A stretch of 64,000 nt of DNA from Candidatus Latescibacterota bacterium (GTDB lineage: Bacteria; Latescibacterota; UBA2968; UBA8231), in contig CBDCSU010000006.1 in the NCBI GenBank assembly GCA_965221775.1, positions 1,536,001-1,600,000 of the forward strand. The letters run 5' to 3'. Below the pieces are notes generated by a model that made no database searches, had not been told where the DNA came from, and saw only the letters and a list, made by a program, of their open reading frames with translations. The translations under genes and the position numbers were made by a program. Positions 9,209-21,704 of this stretch are shown piece after piece (position 1 is the first letter of the stretch; every line of letters begins with the position of its first letter).

Positions 9209-10954
9209 TCATATCTCGTCTCCTTCGACTCGCACCGTCACGATGTCGGTGTCGTGGTACTGCTGGTGGCGCACCGAGGAGGCCACGTGCCGCAGCAGGC
9301 GCAGCGACAGCTCGCGCTCGTCGGGCGCCTCGGCCCGCTCTCCCAGGAGCACCATCATGTCTTCGAGGTTCTCCTCGCCGATGGCGGCGACGAACTCCAG
9401 CTCCAGGGCCCGTCCGTCGCGGTTGGCGAAGACGAGGAGACGCCGCTTCGACCCGGCTTCGTCCCCCTCTTCCGGCATGCCGAGGCTCAACAAGGTCTCC
9501 TCCCCGGCCAGGCACAGGCGGTCGATGGCCCTCTCGCTCCAGCCCATGCGGCCGGCGCTCTCGCGCAGGAAGGCTTCCACCCCCGGCACGGCGGCCTGGT
9601 CCAGGTCCATCTCGATGCGCCGCCGGCGCGGGCGGGTCAGCTCCATGAACAGAGTCAGGACGATGGCGACCAGGCCCCCGGTGGTCATGCCGTTGCCCAG
9701 CAGCACCCTCCCGGTCTCGCCGAGGGAATCGGCGAAGATCGCCTGGTTCTGGAACCCCGTGCCGATCCAGAAGGCGAGGCCGGCCACCGTGGCCTTGCGG
9801 TAGTCGATCCCGTCCTGGACGACGATCCTCATGCCCTGCACGAAGAGCAGGGCCAGCAGCATGGTGAGGTAGGCCGCGGCCACGGGATTGGGGATGGTCA
9901 GGGGAAGGGCCGTCATCTTGGGCATGAAAGCCAGGACGGCCAGGACGATGCCGATGCACAGGCCGACGTTGCGGGAGGCCACCCCGGTCATCTCCGCCAG
10001 GGGAATGCTCGAGGAGTAGGTCGTGTTGGGCACCGTCGCCGCGACCCCGGAGAGCAGGTTGCCCACCCCGTCGGCGGCGACCGCTCCCTGCACGGTGCGG
10101 AAGTCGACGGCCCTCTCCGCCCGCCAGGAGACCCGCTGGATGGCCACGGCGTCGCCGATCGTCTCGATGGCCCCGACGAGGGTCACGAAGATGAAGGCCG
10201 GCAGCAGGGCCCAGAAAGCGGTCCCGAGGTCCCACTCGAGTCCCCGCCAGCCCCCGGCGGGAACCCCCACCCACGCGGAGGAGGCGATGGGCTCCACGTC
10301 ATACAGGCCGAAGAGCGACGCCGTGCCGCAGCCGGCGACGATGCCGACGACCGGGGCCCACAACCGCCAGGCTCCCGAGGCCCGCAGCCCCAGGGCCGCC
10401 ACCACCGCCAGGGTGACCCCGGCGGTCACCGGGGCCGCGGCCGGCGGCGTCCCCTCGGGCACGTCCGAGAGCATGTCGAAGGCGATGGGCATGATGGTGA
10501 CGGCGATGAGCATGATCACCGTGCCGGAGACGACCGGCGTGAGGATGCGCCGCAGCAGCGACAGCCGCGCCGACAGGGCGAACTGGAACAGGGACGAGAC
10601 GACGACGAGGGCGGCCAGCAGCGGCGGCCCCCCCTCCACCAGGGCCGCGACGCAGACGGCGATGAAGGCCCCGGAGGTGCCCATGATGAGCACGTGCCCG
10701 GAGCCGATGCGCCCGAGGCGGACCGCCTGCAGCACGGTGGTGAAGCCGCTGATGATCAGGGCCGCGAAGATCGCCCAGGTCAGGTAGGAGTCGTCCTGGT
10801 CCGCCGCCCGGATCACGATGGCGGGAGTCAGGACGATCCCCGCCAGGACGAGCATCGCCGCCTGCACGCCCAGGCCGATGGAGAGGGGGTGCGGCGGCTG
10901 CTCGTCGGGCTGGTAGCGGATCCCCGTGGGGCTGGTCCGGTCCTCGGCGGGCAT
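9209..10954 (-). CDS. NCS2 (xanthine/uracil) permease with an extra C-terminal cytoplasmic domain
   Basis: MGTSGAF, ETIGD, ADGVGN, PNTTYS NAT motif; about 130 aa C-terminal extension. Confidence 0.85.
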   Translation of the reverse strand: MPAEDRTSPTGIRYQPDEQPPHPLSIGLGVQAAMLVLAGIVLTPAIVIRAADQDDSYLTWAIFAALIISGFTTVLQAVRLGRIGSGHVLIMGTSGAFIAVCVAALVEGGPPLLAALVVVSSLFQFALSARLSLLRRILTPVVSGTVIMLIAVTIMPIAFDMLSDVPEGTPPAAAPVTAGVTLAVVAALGLRASGAWRLWAPVVGIVAGCGTASLFGLYDVEPIASSAWVGVPAGGWRGLEWDLGTAFWALLPAFIFVTLVGAIETIGDAVAIQRVSWRAERAVDFRTVQGAVAADGVGNLLSGVAATVPNTTYSSSIPLAEMTGVASRNVGLCIGIVLAVLAFMPKMTALPLTIPNPVAAAYLTMLLALLFVQGMRIVVQDGIDYRKATVAGLAFWIGTGFQNQAIFADSLGETGRVLLGNGMTTGGLVAIVLTLFMELTRPRRRRIEMDLDQAAVPGVEAFLRESAGRMGWSERAIDRLCLAGEETLLSLGMPEEGDEAGSKRRLLVFANRDGRALELEFVAAIGEENLEDMMVLLGERAEAPDERELSLRLLRHVASSVRHQQYHDTDIVTVRVEGDEI

Positions 10955-10959
10955 GGGTC

Positions 10960-12095
<1,136 letters not shown>

Positions 12096-12099
<4 letters not shown>

Positions 12100-13277
12100 G
12101 CCAGACCCCCGCGGCGCAGGTCCATGGCCAGGGCGCGGAAGCCGCGCACCCGGTGGACGGTGCACAGGTCGGCGTCGTGCTGGTCGCCGGAGTCCCGGCT
12201 GGTGCGCGACAGCACCACCAGGTCGTCGCCGTCGACGACGGCGCTCGGGTACATGAAGCTGCGGTGCGCGTGGTCGGGCCAGCGGGCCACGCAGCCGGCG
12301 GGGAACCAGTTGAGGCAGTCGACGCCGTAGTGCAGGAACAGCCACCGGCGCTCGTTTCCCGGCCCCCCGTGGTAGCCGGTCTCGCGCATGCGCGCCCCCC
12401 ACCCCAGCAGGTCCTGCGAGTTGGTGGCCAGGTTGCTCAGCATCCAGTACATGCCCCCGGGCCGGTCGTGGATCAGGTAGAACTTGCACTGCGCCCCCGG
12501 CCACGCGGCGAACTGGGTGAAGGAGAGGCGGTTCGCCTCCGGGTCGTAGTCGAGGACGGCGGCGACGTTGGCGGTGGCGTACTCGTCGATGACGCAGCGG
12601 GTGAAGACGCGGATCCGCGAGCCGACCTCCACGGTGTTGGGCTCCAGCCAGACGAGGGGGTCCGGCCAGCCGCGGTAGAGCTCCTCCCGGTCCCCTTCGG
12701 GGTAGAGGCCCCGCGTCAGGGAGCGGGGCAGGGGCGGCGCCTCGACGATGTTGGAGAGGCTCCAGGCGGCGGGGTCCAGCGGCGACTTCCGCCTGTCGAT
12801 GCGGACCATCACCTTGCCGCCGTGGGTGCGCTCCGGCAGGTCCCGGTCCATGGCCCAGTAGACATAGTCGGGCCTGAGCAGCATGGCGGTGGAGATGTTC
12901 CACAGCGGCCCCTCCAGGACGCGCACCGGATCGGACCAGGACTGCCCCCGGTCGCGGCTGTGGGCGATGAGGACGTCCTTGTGGCAGGTCTCCTGGGCGA
13001 AGAGGTAGAGCTCGCCGTCGAGGACGAAGGGCGTGCCCTCCTCGAAGGGGAGGGAGGGCAGCTCGTCCCAGGCGGAACCGCCGTCGGAGCTGCGCAGCAT
13101 GCGGAGGTGCCGGCCCGTGCCGCGGCCGGGGCGCCCCCACTCGGGGGCGGCGATGAGCAGGGTGCCGTCGTCGAGGCGGGTCATGTCCGGGTCGTGGAAG
13201 AACAACCGCCCGGGATCGGGGACCCTCGCGGCGACGGCGAAGTCCTGGGCGAGGGGCTCGACGTTGGGGTTGGCCAT
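12096..13277 (-). CDS. Sialidase/BNR (Asp-box) beta-propeller protein
   Basis: Asp-boxes SSDGGSAW and SRDRGQSW; FMYPSAVVDGDDL..LSRT. Confidence 0.7.
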
Positions 13278-13291
13278 GCCGGGGCCGCGCT

Positions 13292-15973
<2,682 letters not shown>

Positions 15974-16103
15974 GGGGATCCCTTGTCCATTATGGTAGTT
16001 GGCGAGCCGGCGTACGAAGCGGGCGGCCCCCCGGGATGTCAAACGCCGCGCATCGGCGGCGCCCGCTTGACCGCCCCGGGGCGCTGGGATAGCCTGTCCG
16101 CCC

Positions 16104-16679
16104 ATGCCCGGTTCCCTCAGCCAAGGCGGCCTGCTCTGGTCGGGCCAGCACTGGATCGCCTACCTGCGCCGGCCCGGGAGCCAGGACCACACGGGCATGG
16201 TCAGCCTCTACCGCGGCGACACCTCGCCCGCCGGCGCCGGCACCGCCGCCTTCGTGCAGGTCCCGGGGGCCGATGGCTTCACCGGCCTGTGCACGGACAA
16301 CCGCGAATTCGCCGAGTTCGTGCGCCAGACGCAGGTCGTGCCCACCTCCCCCTTCGACCGCGGCATGGAGGTGGTCGAGGCCCGCCTGTCCCCCGGGGGC
16401 GACATCCGCACGGAGCCCACGTGGCAGATCGACGCCGCCGGCCGCCGCATCGATGTCTGCTGGCGCGAGCTGGACCCGCCCCTGGTCGGGCCTCCCACCG
16501 CCCATCCGCGGATCGTCTTCACTATCCTGGTCTTCGCCGGCGGCGGCTCGATCCGGCTCGACGGGCGGGACGTGGGCGGCGAGGCCTACCCGCGCGACAC
16601 CTGGGCCCGGACCCTCGGCCAGCCGCGCTCCTCCTGCTGCTTCGCCCTGGCGGAGACGATGATCGCCGAGGACGGCTGA
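16104..16679 (+). CDS. Hypothetical protein
   Basis: Coding-like GC3 bias, ATG start, fills the gap between acnA and the sulfatase; no recognised motif. Confidence 0.6.
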   Translation: MPGSLSQGGLLWSGQHWIAYLRRPGSQDHTGMVSLYRGDTSPAGAGTAAFVQVPGADGFTGLCTDNREFAEFVRQTQVVPTSPFDRGMEVVEARLSPGGDIRTEPTWQIDAAGRRIDVCWRELDPPLVGPPTAHPRIVFTILVFAGGGSIRLDGRDVGGEAYPRDTWARTLGQPRSSCCFALAETMIAEDG

Positions 16680-16694
16680 GCCGCCAGCCGGGGC

Positions 16695-18161
16695 TCAGCG
16701 GCTCAGCCCCATCCTCTCGAACTGCTCCGCCGGCGCGTCGCACTCGGCCATGAGCCTGGCCATCTGGCCGCCGAGGCGCTCCACCACCTCCGCATCGTCG
16801 AGGGGACTCTCCTGCTTCGGGTCGGCCCGCAGGTCGTAGAGCAGGTCGCCCACGTCGCCCTCCACCGGTTGCGAGATGTTGCCCCCCGCCGGCAGACGCA
16901 GGGTGGGCATCCCCCGGGTGAATGAGAAGGGGTCGGCGAGTCCGGCCTCCGGGAGCCGCCCCTTGTAGCCGCGCATCGCCGTGGGCAGGAGGGTGTAGGC
17001 GTTGAGTGGCTGGTTGTGGGGGGTGCGGCAGGTGCGGTAGTAGACGTGGCGGCCGTCGGTGACGTTCACGCGGTTGCCGTGGTAGCCGAAGATGGCGGCG
17101 TCGCGCACGGGCCGGTCCCCGGCGACGACGCCGGCCAGGTCGTGGCCGCGCATGCCCTCGGTGGGCTCCTGGCCGAAGAACCGGAGCAGCGTCGGCCCCA
17201 GGTCGATGGCCGGCTGCACCAGGGCGTTGCGGGTCTGCCCCGCCGCCCCCGGGCTGCGCGGGTCCCAGACGAAGAACGGGGTGTGGCTCAGCTCCTCGTA
17301 CAAGGGCGGCCAGTTCTTGGCGTAGCCGCCGTGCTCTCCCAGCAGGAAGCCGTGGTCCGTCCACAGGACCAGCATCGTGTCGTCCCACATGCGGTGACGG
17401 TCCATGAGGTCGAGGACATCGCCGAGGCTGGCGTCGCACTTGGAGACCAGGGCGGCGTAGTTGCGGCGCACCTCGGCGACCTGCTCCGGGGTCTCGCGGA
17501 CCGGACCGTACGACGGCCAGTCGAAGAGGGGGCCGTCGTAGTCGGAGGGGTAGAGGTCCTGGTAGCGGCGGTTGCTGAAGAACGGCTCGTGGGGGTCGAA
17601 GCACTCGATCTGCAGGAACCAGTCGTCCTCGCCGGCGTTGGTCTCGATGAAGCGGCAGCCGGCCTCGAAGGTGCGGCTCTGGGGCAGGTCGGCCTCGCGC
17701 CGCTGGAAGGGGCGGTTCACCCAGTCGCTGCGGCGCCCCTTCTGGTTGAGGTTCTCCGGCACCTCGGGGTCGGCGACCTGGCCGATGTGGGGGTCCCCCT
17801 CCTGGCCGCGGTAGAACTCCCACGAGCTGTAGCGGCCGTGGTAGGTGGCGCCGCCGTCCTCCCAGTAGTGGTAGTGATCGGAGCACAGGTGGGTGTAGAC
17901 GCCGGCCTCCTGCAGCATCTGCGGCACCGAGTCGTCGAAGGGCTCCAGGGGCCCCCAGGGGCAGTGCAGGAAGTTGGGACGCCCCGTGTGCAGGTCGCGG
18001 CGCGCCGGCATGCACGGCATGGAGCAGACGTAGCTGGTGGAGAAGGTGGCGGCGCGCTCGGCGAGGCGGCGGAAGTTGGGCGCCTGCACCCAGGTGTCGG
18101 GAGCGTAGGGCGGCAGCATGTGGCGGTTGAGGGAGTCGAACATCACCATGATGCAGCGCAT
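16695..18161 (-). CDS. Cys-type (formylglycine) sulfatase
   Basis: MFDSLN, CMPARR (CxPxR), FDPHEPF, TDHG.LLGEH, LYDL..DP.Q. Confidence 0.95.
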   Translation of the reverse strand: MRCIMVMFDSLNRHMLPPYAPDTWVQAPNFRRLAERAATFSTSYVCSMPCMPARRDLHTGRPNFLHCPWGPLEPFDDSVPQMLQEAGVYTHLCSDHYHYWEDGGATYHGRYSSWEFYRGQEGDPHIGQVADPEVPENLNQKGRRSDWVNRPFQRREADLPQSRTFEAGCRFIETNAGEDDWFLQIECFDPHEPFFSNRRYQDLYPSDYDGPLFDWPSYGPVRETPEQVAEVRRNYAALVSKCDASLGDVLDLMDRHRMWDDTMLVLWTDHGFLLGEHGGYAKNWPPLYEELSHTPFFVWDPRSPGAAGQTRNALVQPAIDLGPTLLRFFGQEPTEGMRGHDLAGVVAGDRPVRDAAIFGYHGNRVNVTDGRHVYYRTCRTPHNQPLNAYTLLPTAMRGYKGRLPEAGLADPFSFTRGMPTLRLPAGGNISQPVEGDVGDLLYDLRADPKQESPLDDAEVVERLGGQMARLMAECDAPAEQFERMGLSR

Positions 18162-18240
18162 GGAGGATCTCCTGTGCGATGTGGGCGGCGGCCGCCGGGG
18201 CCGTCCTGACTCGGGACCCCGGGCGGGCTACCTTTGCCGG

Positions 18241-19020
18241 ATGACCCGGAGACTCGCGGACAAGGCGGCGCTCGTCACCGGCGCCGGCTCCGGCATCGGC
18301 CGGGCGACGGTGCACCGGTTCCTCGAGGAGGGGGCCCGCGTCGCCGCCGCCGACATCGACCCCGCGGCCCTGGAGGCCCTGGCCAAGGAGGCGGAAGCGC
18401 CCGAGGGCCGCCTCCTCGAGATCGCCGGCGACGTCTCCGACCGCGCCGACAGCGAGCGGATCGTGGCCGCGGCGGTTAGCGCCTTCGGCCGCCTGGACAT
18501 CCTCGTGAACAGCGCCGGCATCACGCCGCGCACCGTCGATCCGGCCGCCGACTTCGACGAGCGCTGGGACGCGGTGATGCGGGTCAACGCCCGGGGAACC
18601 TTCCTGATGTGCCACGCCGCCGTCAAGGAGATGCGTCGGACCGGGGGCGGCGCCATCGTCAACCTCGCCTCGGTCATGGGGCTGGTGGGCTACCCCACCT
18701 CCCTGCCCTTCTCCGACGGCTTCACCGCCTATCCGCACAGCAAGGGCGCCATCGTCCAGCTCACCCGCGACATGGGCGTGCGGCTGGCGGCGGAGGGCAT
18801 CCGCATCAACGCCGTCTGCCCCGGCTTCGTGTACACGCCGCTCACCGCCAACGTCACCGGCGACGAAGATGTCCACGCCGCCATGCGGCGCCTCCACCCC
18901 CTCGGGCGCATGGGCCAGCCGGAGGAGATCGCCCGCGTCATCGCCTTCCTCGCCTCCGACGAGGCGAGCTTCATCGTCGCCGCGGCGATCCCCGTCGACG
19001 GCGGCTACACCGCCCAGTAG
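18241..19020 (+). CDS. SDR family oxidoreductase
   Basis: TGAGSGIG, NSAG, YPHSK (YxxxK), NAVCPG, VDGG. Confidence 0.95.
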   Translation: MTRRLADKAALVTGAGSGIGRATVHRFLEEGARVAAADIDPAALEALAKEAEAPEGRLLEIAGDVSDRADSERIVAAAVSAFGRLDILVNSAGITPRTVDPAADFDERWDAVMRVNARGTFLMCHAAVKEMRRTGGGAIVNLASVMGLVGYPTSLPFSDGFTAYPHSKGAIVQLTRDMGVRLAAEGIRINAVCPGFVYTPLTANVTGDEDVHAAMRRLHPLGRMGQPEEIARVIAFLASDEASFIVAAAIPVDGGYTAQ

Positions 19021-19054
19021 CCGAGCCCCAGGGCGCCCGCCCCGGGCGGCGCGC

Positions 19055-19948
19055 TCAGTCCCGGTGCAGCCTGGCGATGCCGATGGCGCGCTCGCCGGAG
19101 CCCGAGTACAGCAGGTAGAGCCGGCCGTCCTCCTCGTAGATCCCCGGGTCGCGCAACTGGTGCACGAGGCCGGCCACGGCGCCGGGGCGCGACGGCTCGA
19201 CCGGCGCGCCCGCCCCCTCCCAGTCCAGCTCCGGCCGCAGCACCAGCCTCCCGGGGCCCGGCTGCCACTTCTCCCACGGCCGTGACAGATCCACCGCCGA
19301 CACCAGGATGCGCTCCGGAGAGTCCCCCTTGCGCGAGTAGAACAGGTGCAGGGTGCCGCCGTCGACCCAGGCGGCGGCGTGGCGGCACCCCGGCAGGATG
19401 GCCGCTCCCTCCTCGAAGGCGGTGAGCCCGTCTCGGGAGCGCAGGAACAGTCCGCCGCCCGGGCTCGGGCTCATGGCACAGGCGTAGAACCGCCCCCCGT
19501 GGGGAAAGACGCGGAAATAGGATGGCCCCAGGTCGGCGGGGTTCACCTGCCAGCACAGGCCGTCCTCCGACAGAGCCGCGTGCGACCGCTGTTCCCCTCG
19601 CCCCGTGGGCTGGTGGAAGTACATGCGCAGCCGGCGCTCCGCCGTGTCGACGTGCACGTCGGGGCTGGCGATGTGGTGGAGGCCGGGGCCCCGGTCCATG
19701 TGCAGGACCCCGGGCTCGGGGAGCACCGTCCACGGCCCCGTGAGGTCGTCGGCCCAGGCCATGCGCAGGTAGTGCCCGCCGTGGTGGGCGAAGTAGAGGT
19801 AGTAGCGCCCCAGGGGCCGCGGGATCCACGAGGGCACGCGGATCAGGGACGGTCCGTTGATGTTGGCCCCGCGCCCGCCCTCCAGGTTCGGGAGACGGGC
19901 GTGGATGATGGGCTCGGGGGAGAGGCGCTCGGCCCGGAAGTGGGTCAA
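19055..19948 (-). CDS. Five-bladed beta-propeller glycoside hydrolase-like protein (GH43/32-like)
   Basis: NINGPS, YYLYFAHH, HIASPDV, QLRDPGIY, LYLLYSG.GE..IGIA. Confidence 0.7.
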   Translation of the reverse strand: MTHFRAERLSPEPIIHARLPNLEGGRGANINGPSLIRVPSWIPRPLGRYYLYFAHHGGHYLRMAWADDLTGPWTVLPEPGVLHMDRGPGLHHIASPDVHVDTAERRLRMYFHQPTGRGEQRSHAALSEDGLCWQVNPADLGPSYFRVFPHGGRFYACAMSPSPGGGLFLRSRDGLTAFEEGAAILPGCRHAAAWVDGGTLHLFYSRKGDSPERILVSAVDLSRPWEKWQPGPGRLVLRPELDWEGAGAPVEPSRPGAVAGLVHQLRDPGIYEEDGRLYLLYSGSGERAIGIARLHRD

Positions 19949-20060
19949 CGAAGGAGGGCTCCCGGAAGTTGCCGGTGGCTGCCGCGAAGTTCGCCATCGC
20001 CACCGGCGGCGGCAATCGGGCGCCTGTCCGGGCGGGGCCCGTTGTCCTAATCTCAGACCC

Positions 20061-21443
20061 GTGCAGACCCTCGATCACCGCAAGCGCCTGTTCGTCGACA
20101 TGGAGGACGTGGACGGCGCCGAGAGCGTGGAGCGCATGTTCCACGCCGCCGTCAAGCACCCGGACCCCGTGCTGCGCCAGGAAGCGGCGTGGGAGCGCCA
20201 CACGGGGATGACGGCGTCGGTGATCCACGACGAGGAGGAGGGGCTCTTCAAGGCCTGGTACATGGGCGGCCACTACGAGGAGGGCTGCGGCCACGTGCAG
20301 TGCCTGGCCACCTCGCCCGACGGCATCCACTGGGAACGGCCGGAGCTGAGGCTGCACGAGGCCCTCGGGTCGAGGCGCAACAACATCGTCATCCCGGCAT
20401 CCCACCATGAGGGCCAGGACCACTGGGAGTCGATGCTGAAGGACCCCGCCGACCCGGACCCGAGCCGCCGCTACAAGGCCCTCGGCTGGTCGAGCCACGA
20501 CTGGGACGGGCCGCGCTCCGGCATCTACTCGGCCACCTCGCCGGACGGTCTGCGCTGGGAGCACTCGCCGGACCCCCTCTTCCGCTATCACCCGCGGCCG
20601 GGCACCGGCGACCTGGGTCCCGTGGGCGACGCCCAGTCGCTGATGATCGACGCCGACGCCGGGCGCTGCGTCGCCTTCCTGCGGGGCCAGCCCGAGCGCC
20701 TGCTGAGCGTCAGCCGCGACTTCGTCGAGTGGACCCCGCCGCGGCCCTTCCTGTCGCCCCTGCACGAGGAGGAGGCCCTCTACAACAACACCGGCTTCCC
20801 CTACGGCGCCCACTACCTCGGCGTCCTCACCCACTTCGACAAGCGCCGCCTGCGGCAGACCCAGAGCCTGCGGCTGCTGACCAGCCGCGACGGCGAGCGC
20901 TGGAACCGGGCGCCGGCCGAAGAGCCCCTCGTCGGCCTGGGGGAGATCGGCGAGTGGGACCGCTTCCAGATCATGCTCACCGGCGCGCCCCCCGTCGCCG
21001 TGGACGACCGCCTGTACATCTACTACCGGGGCACCCCCCGCCGGCATGCCAAGATCCCCCGCGAGTACGACCCCCGGATCGCCGCCGACCAGCACACGGG
21101 GACGATGTCCATCGGCCTCGCCTTCCTGCGCCTCGACGGCTTCGCCTCGGTGGCCGGCAGCTTCGACGGAGGGCGGCTGACGACGCGTCCCTTCGAGCTG
21201 GCGGGCGGAGAGCTGCGGGTCAACGCCAAGGCGGACCACGGCTCCCTGCGGGTGGAGCTGCTCGACGAGGAGGAGGGCGTCCTGCCCGGGTACGGCGCCG
21301 ACCGCTGCGTCCCCATCGAGGAGGACGGGGTCGACCTGCCGGTGCGCTGGTGGGGAGCCCGCGGGTTGCCGCCGGGGCCGGTGCGGCTGCGGCTCCACCT
21401 CGTCAACGCACGGCTCTACTCCTACTGGGTATCCCCGGACTGA
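20061..21443 (+). CDS. Beta-propeller glycoside hydrolase-like protein with C-terminal beta-sandwich
   Basis: Repeated ATSPDG..W / SRDG..W motifs, FKAWY, LYIYY, LRLDGF, LRVELLD. Confidence 0.75.
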   Translation: MQTLDHRKRLFVDMEDVDGAESVERMFHAAVKHPDPVLRQEAAWERHTGMTASVIHDEEEGLFKAWYMGGHYEEGCGHVQCLATSPDGIHWERPELRLHEALGSRRNNIVIPASHHEGQDHWESMLKDPADPDPSRRYKALGWSSHDWDGPRSGIYSATSPDGLRWEHSPDPLFRYHPRPGTGDLGPVGDAQSLMIDADAGRCVAFLRGQPERLLSVSRDFVEWTPPRPFLSPLHEEEALYNNTGFPYGAHYLGVLTHFDKRRLRQTQSLRLLTSRDGERWNRAPAEEPLVGLGEIGEWDRFQIMLTGAPPVAVDDRLYIYYRGTPRRHAKIPREYDPRIAADQHTGTMSIGLAFLRLDGFASVAGSFDGGRLTTRPFELAGGELRVNAKADHGSLRVELLDEEEGVLPGYGADRCVPIEEDGVDLPVRWWGARGLPPGPVRLRLHLVNARLYSYWVSPD

Positions 21444-21530
21444 CCGGCCTCCGCGCCGGACTCCTCCGGGCGGGTTCGGCCAGACCGTCCGCCTCCGGCG
21501 CAGGATCCGGCCCCGGAACTCCGCGGCGTG

Positions 21531-21704
21531 TTCAGCAGAGGGATCCTGCGCTGATCCACCACATCCCCGCTCCACAGACGGACCACGCCGCTGGCCAGGG
21601 GCCGCCCCGGCCTACTTCAGCAGCGCGACCTTGCGCTGATCCACCACATCCCCGCTCCGCAGGCGGACCACGTAGGCGCCGCTGGCCACGGGCCGGCCCC
21701 GGGC
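21531..21704. repeat. Degenerate tandem duplication (about 85 bp) of the FG-GAP gene 3' end
   Basis: 21531-21611 aligns to 21616-21704; shared core tgcgctgatccaccacatccccgctcc. Confidence 0.85.

Noticed and set aside
21531-21704. Possible diversity-generating retroelement TR/VR pair at a gene 3' end
   Set aside because: Mismatches are not adenine-specific on either strand, indels are present, and no reverse transcriptase is in the window
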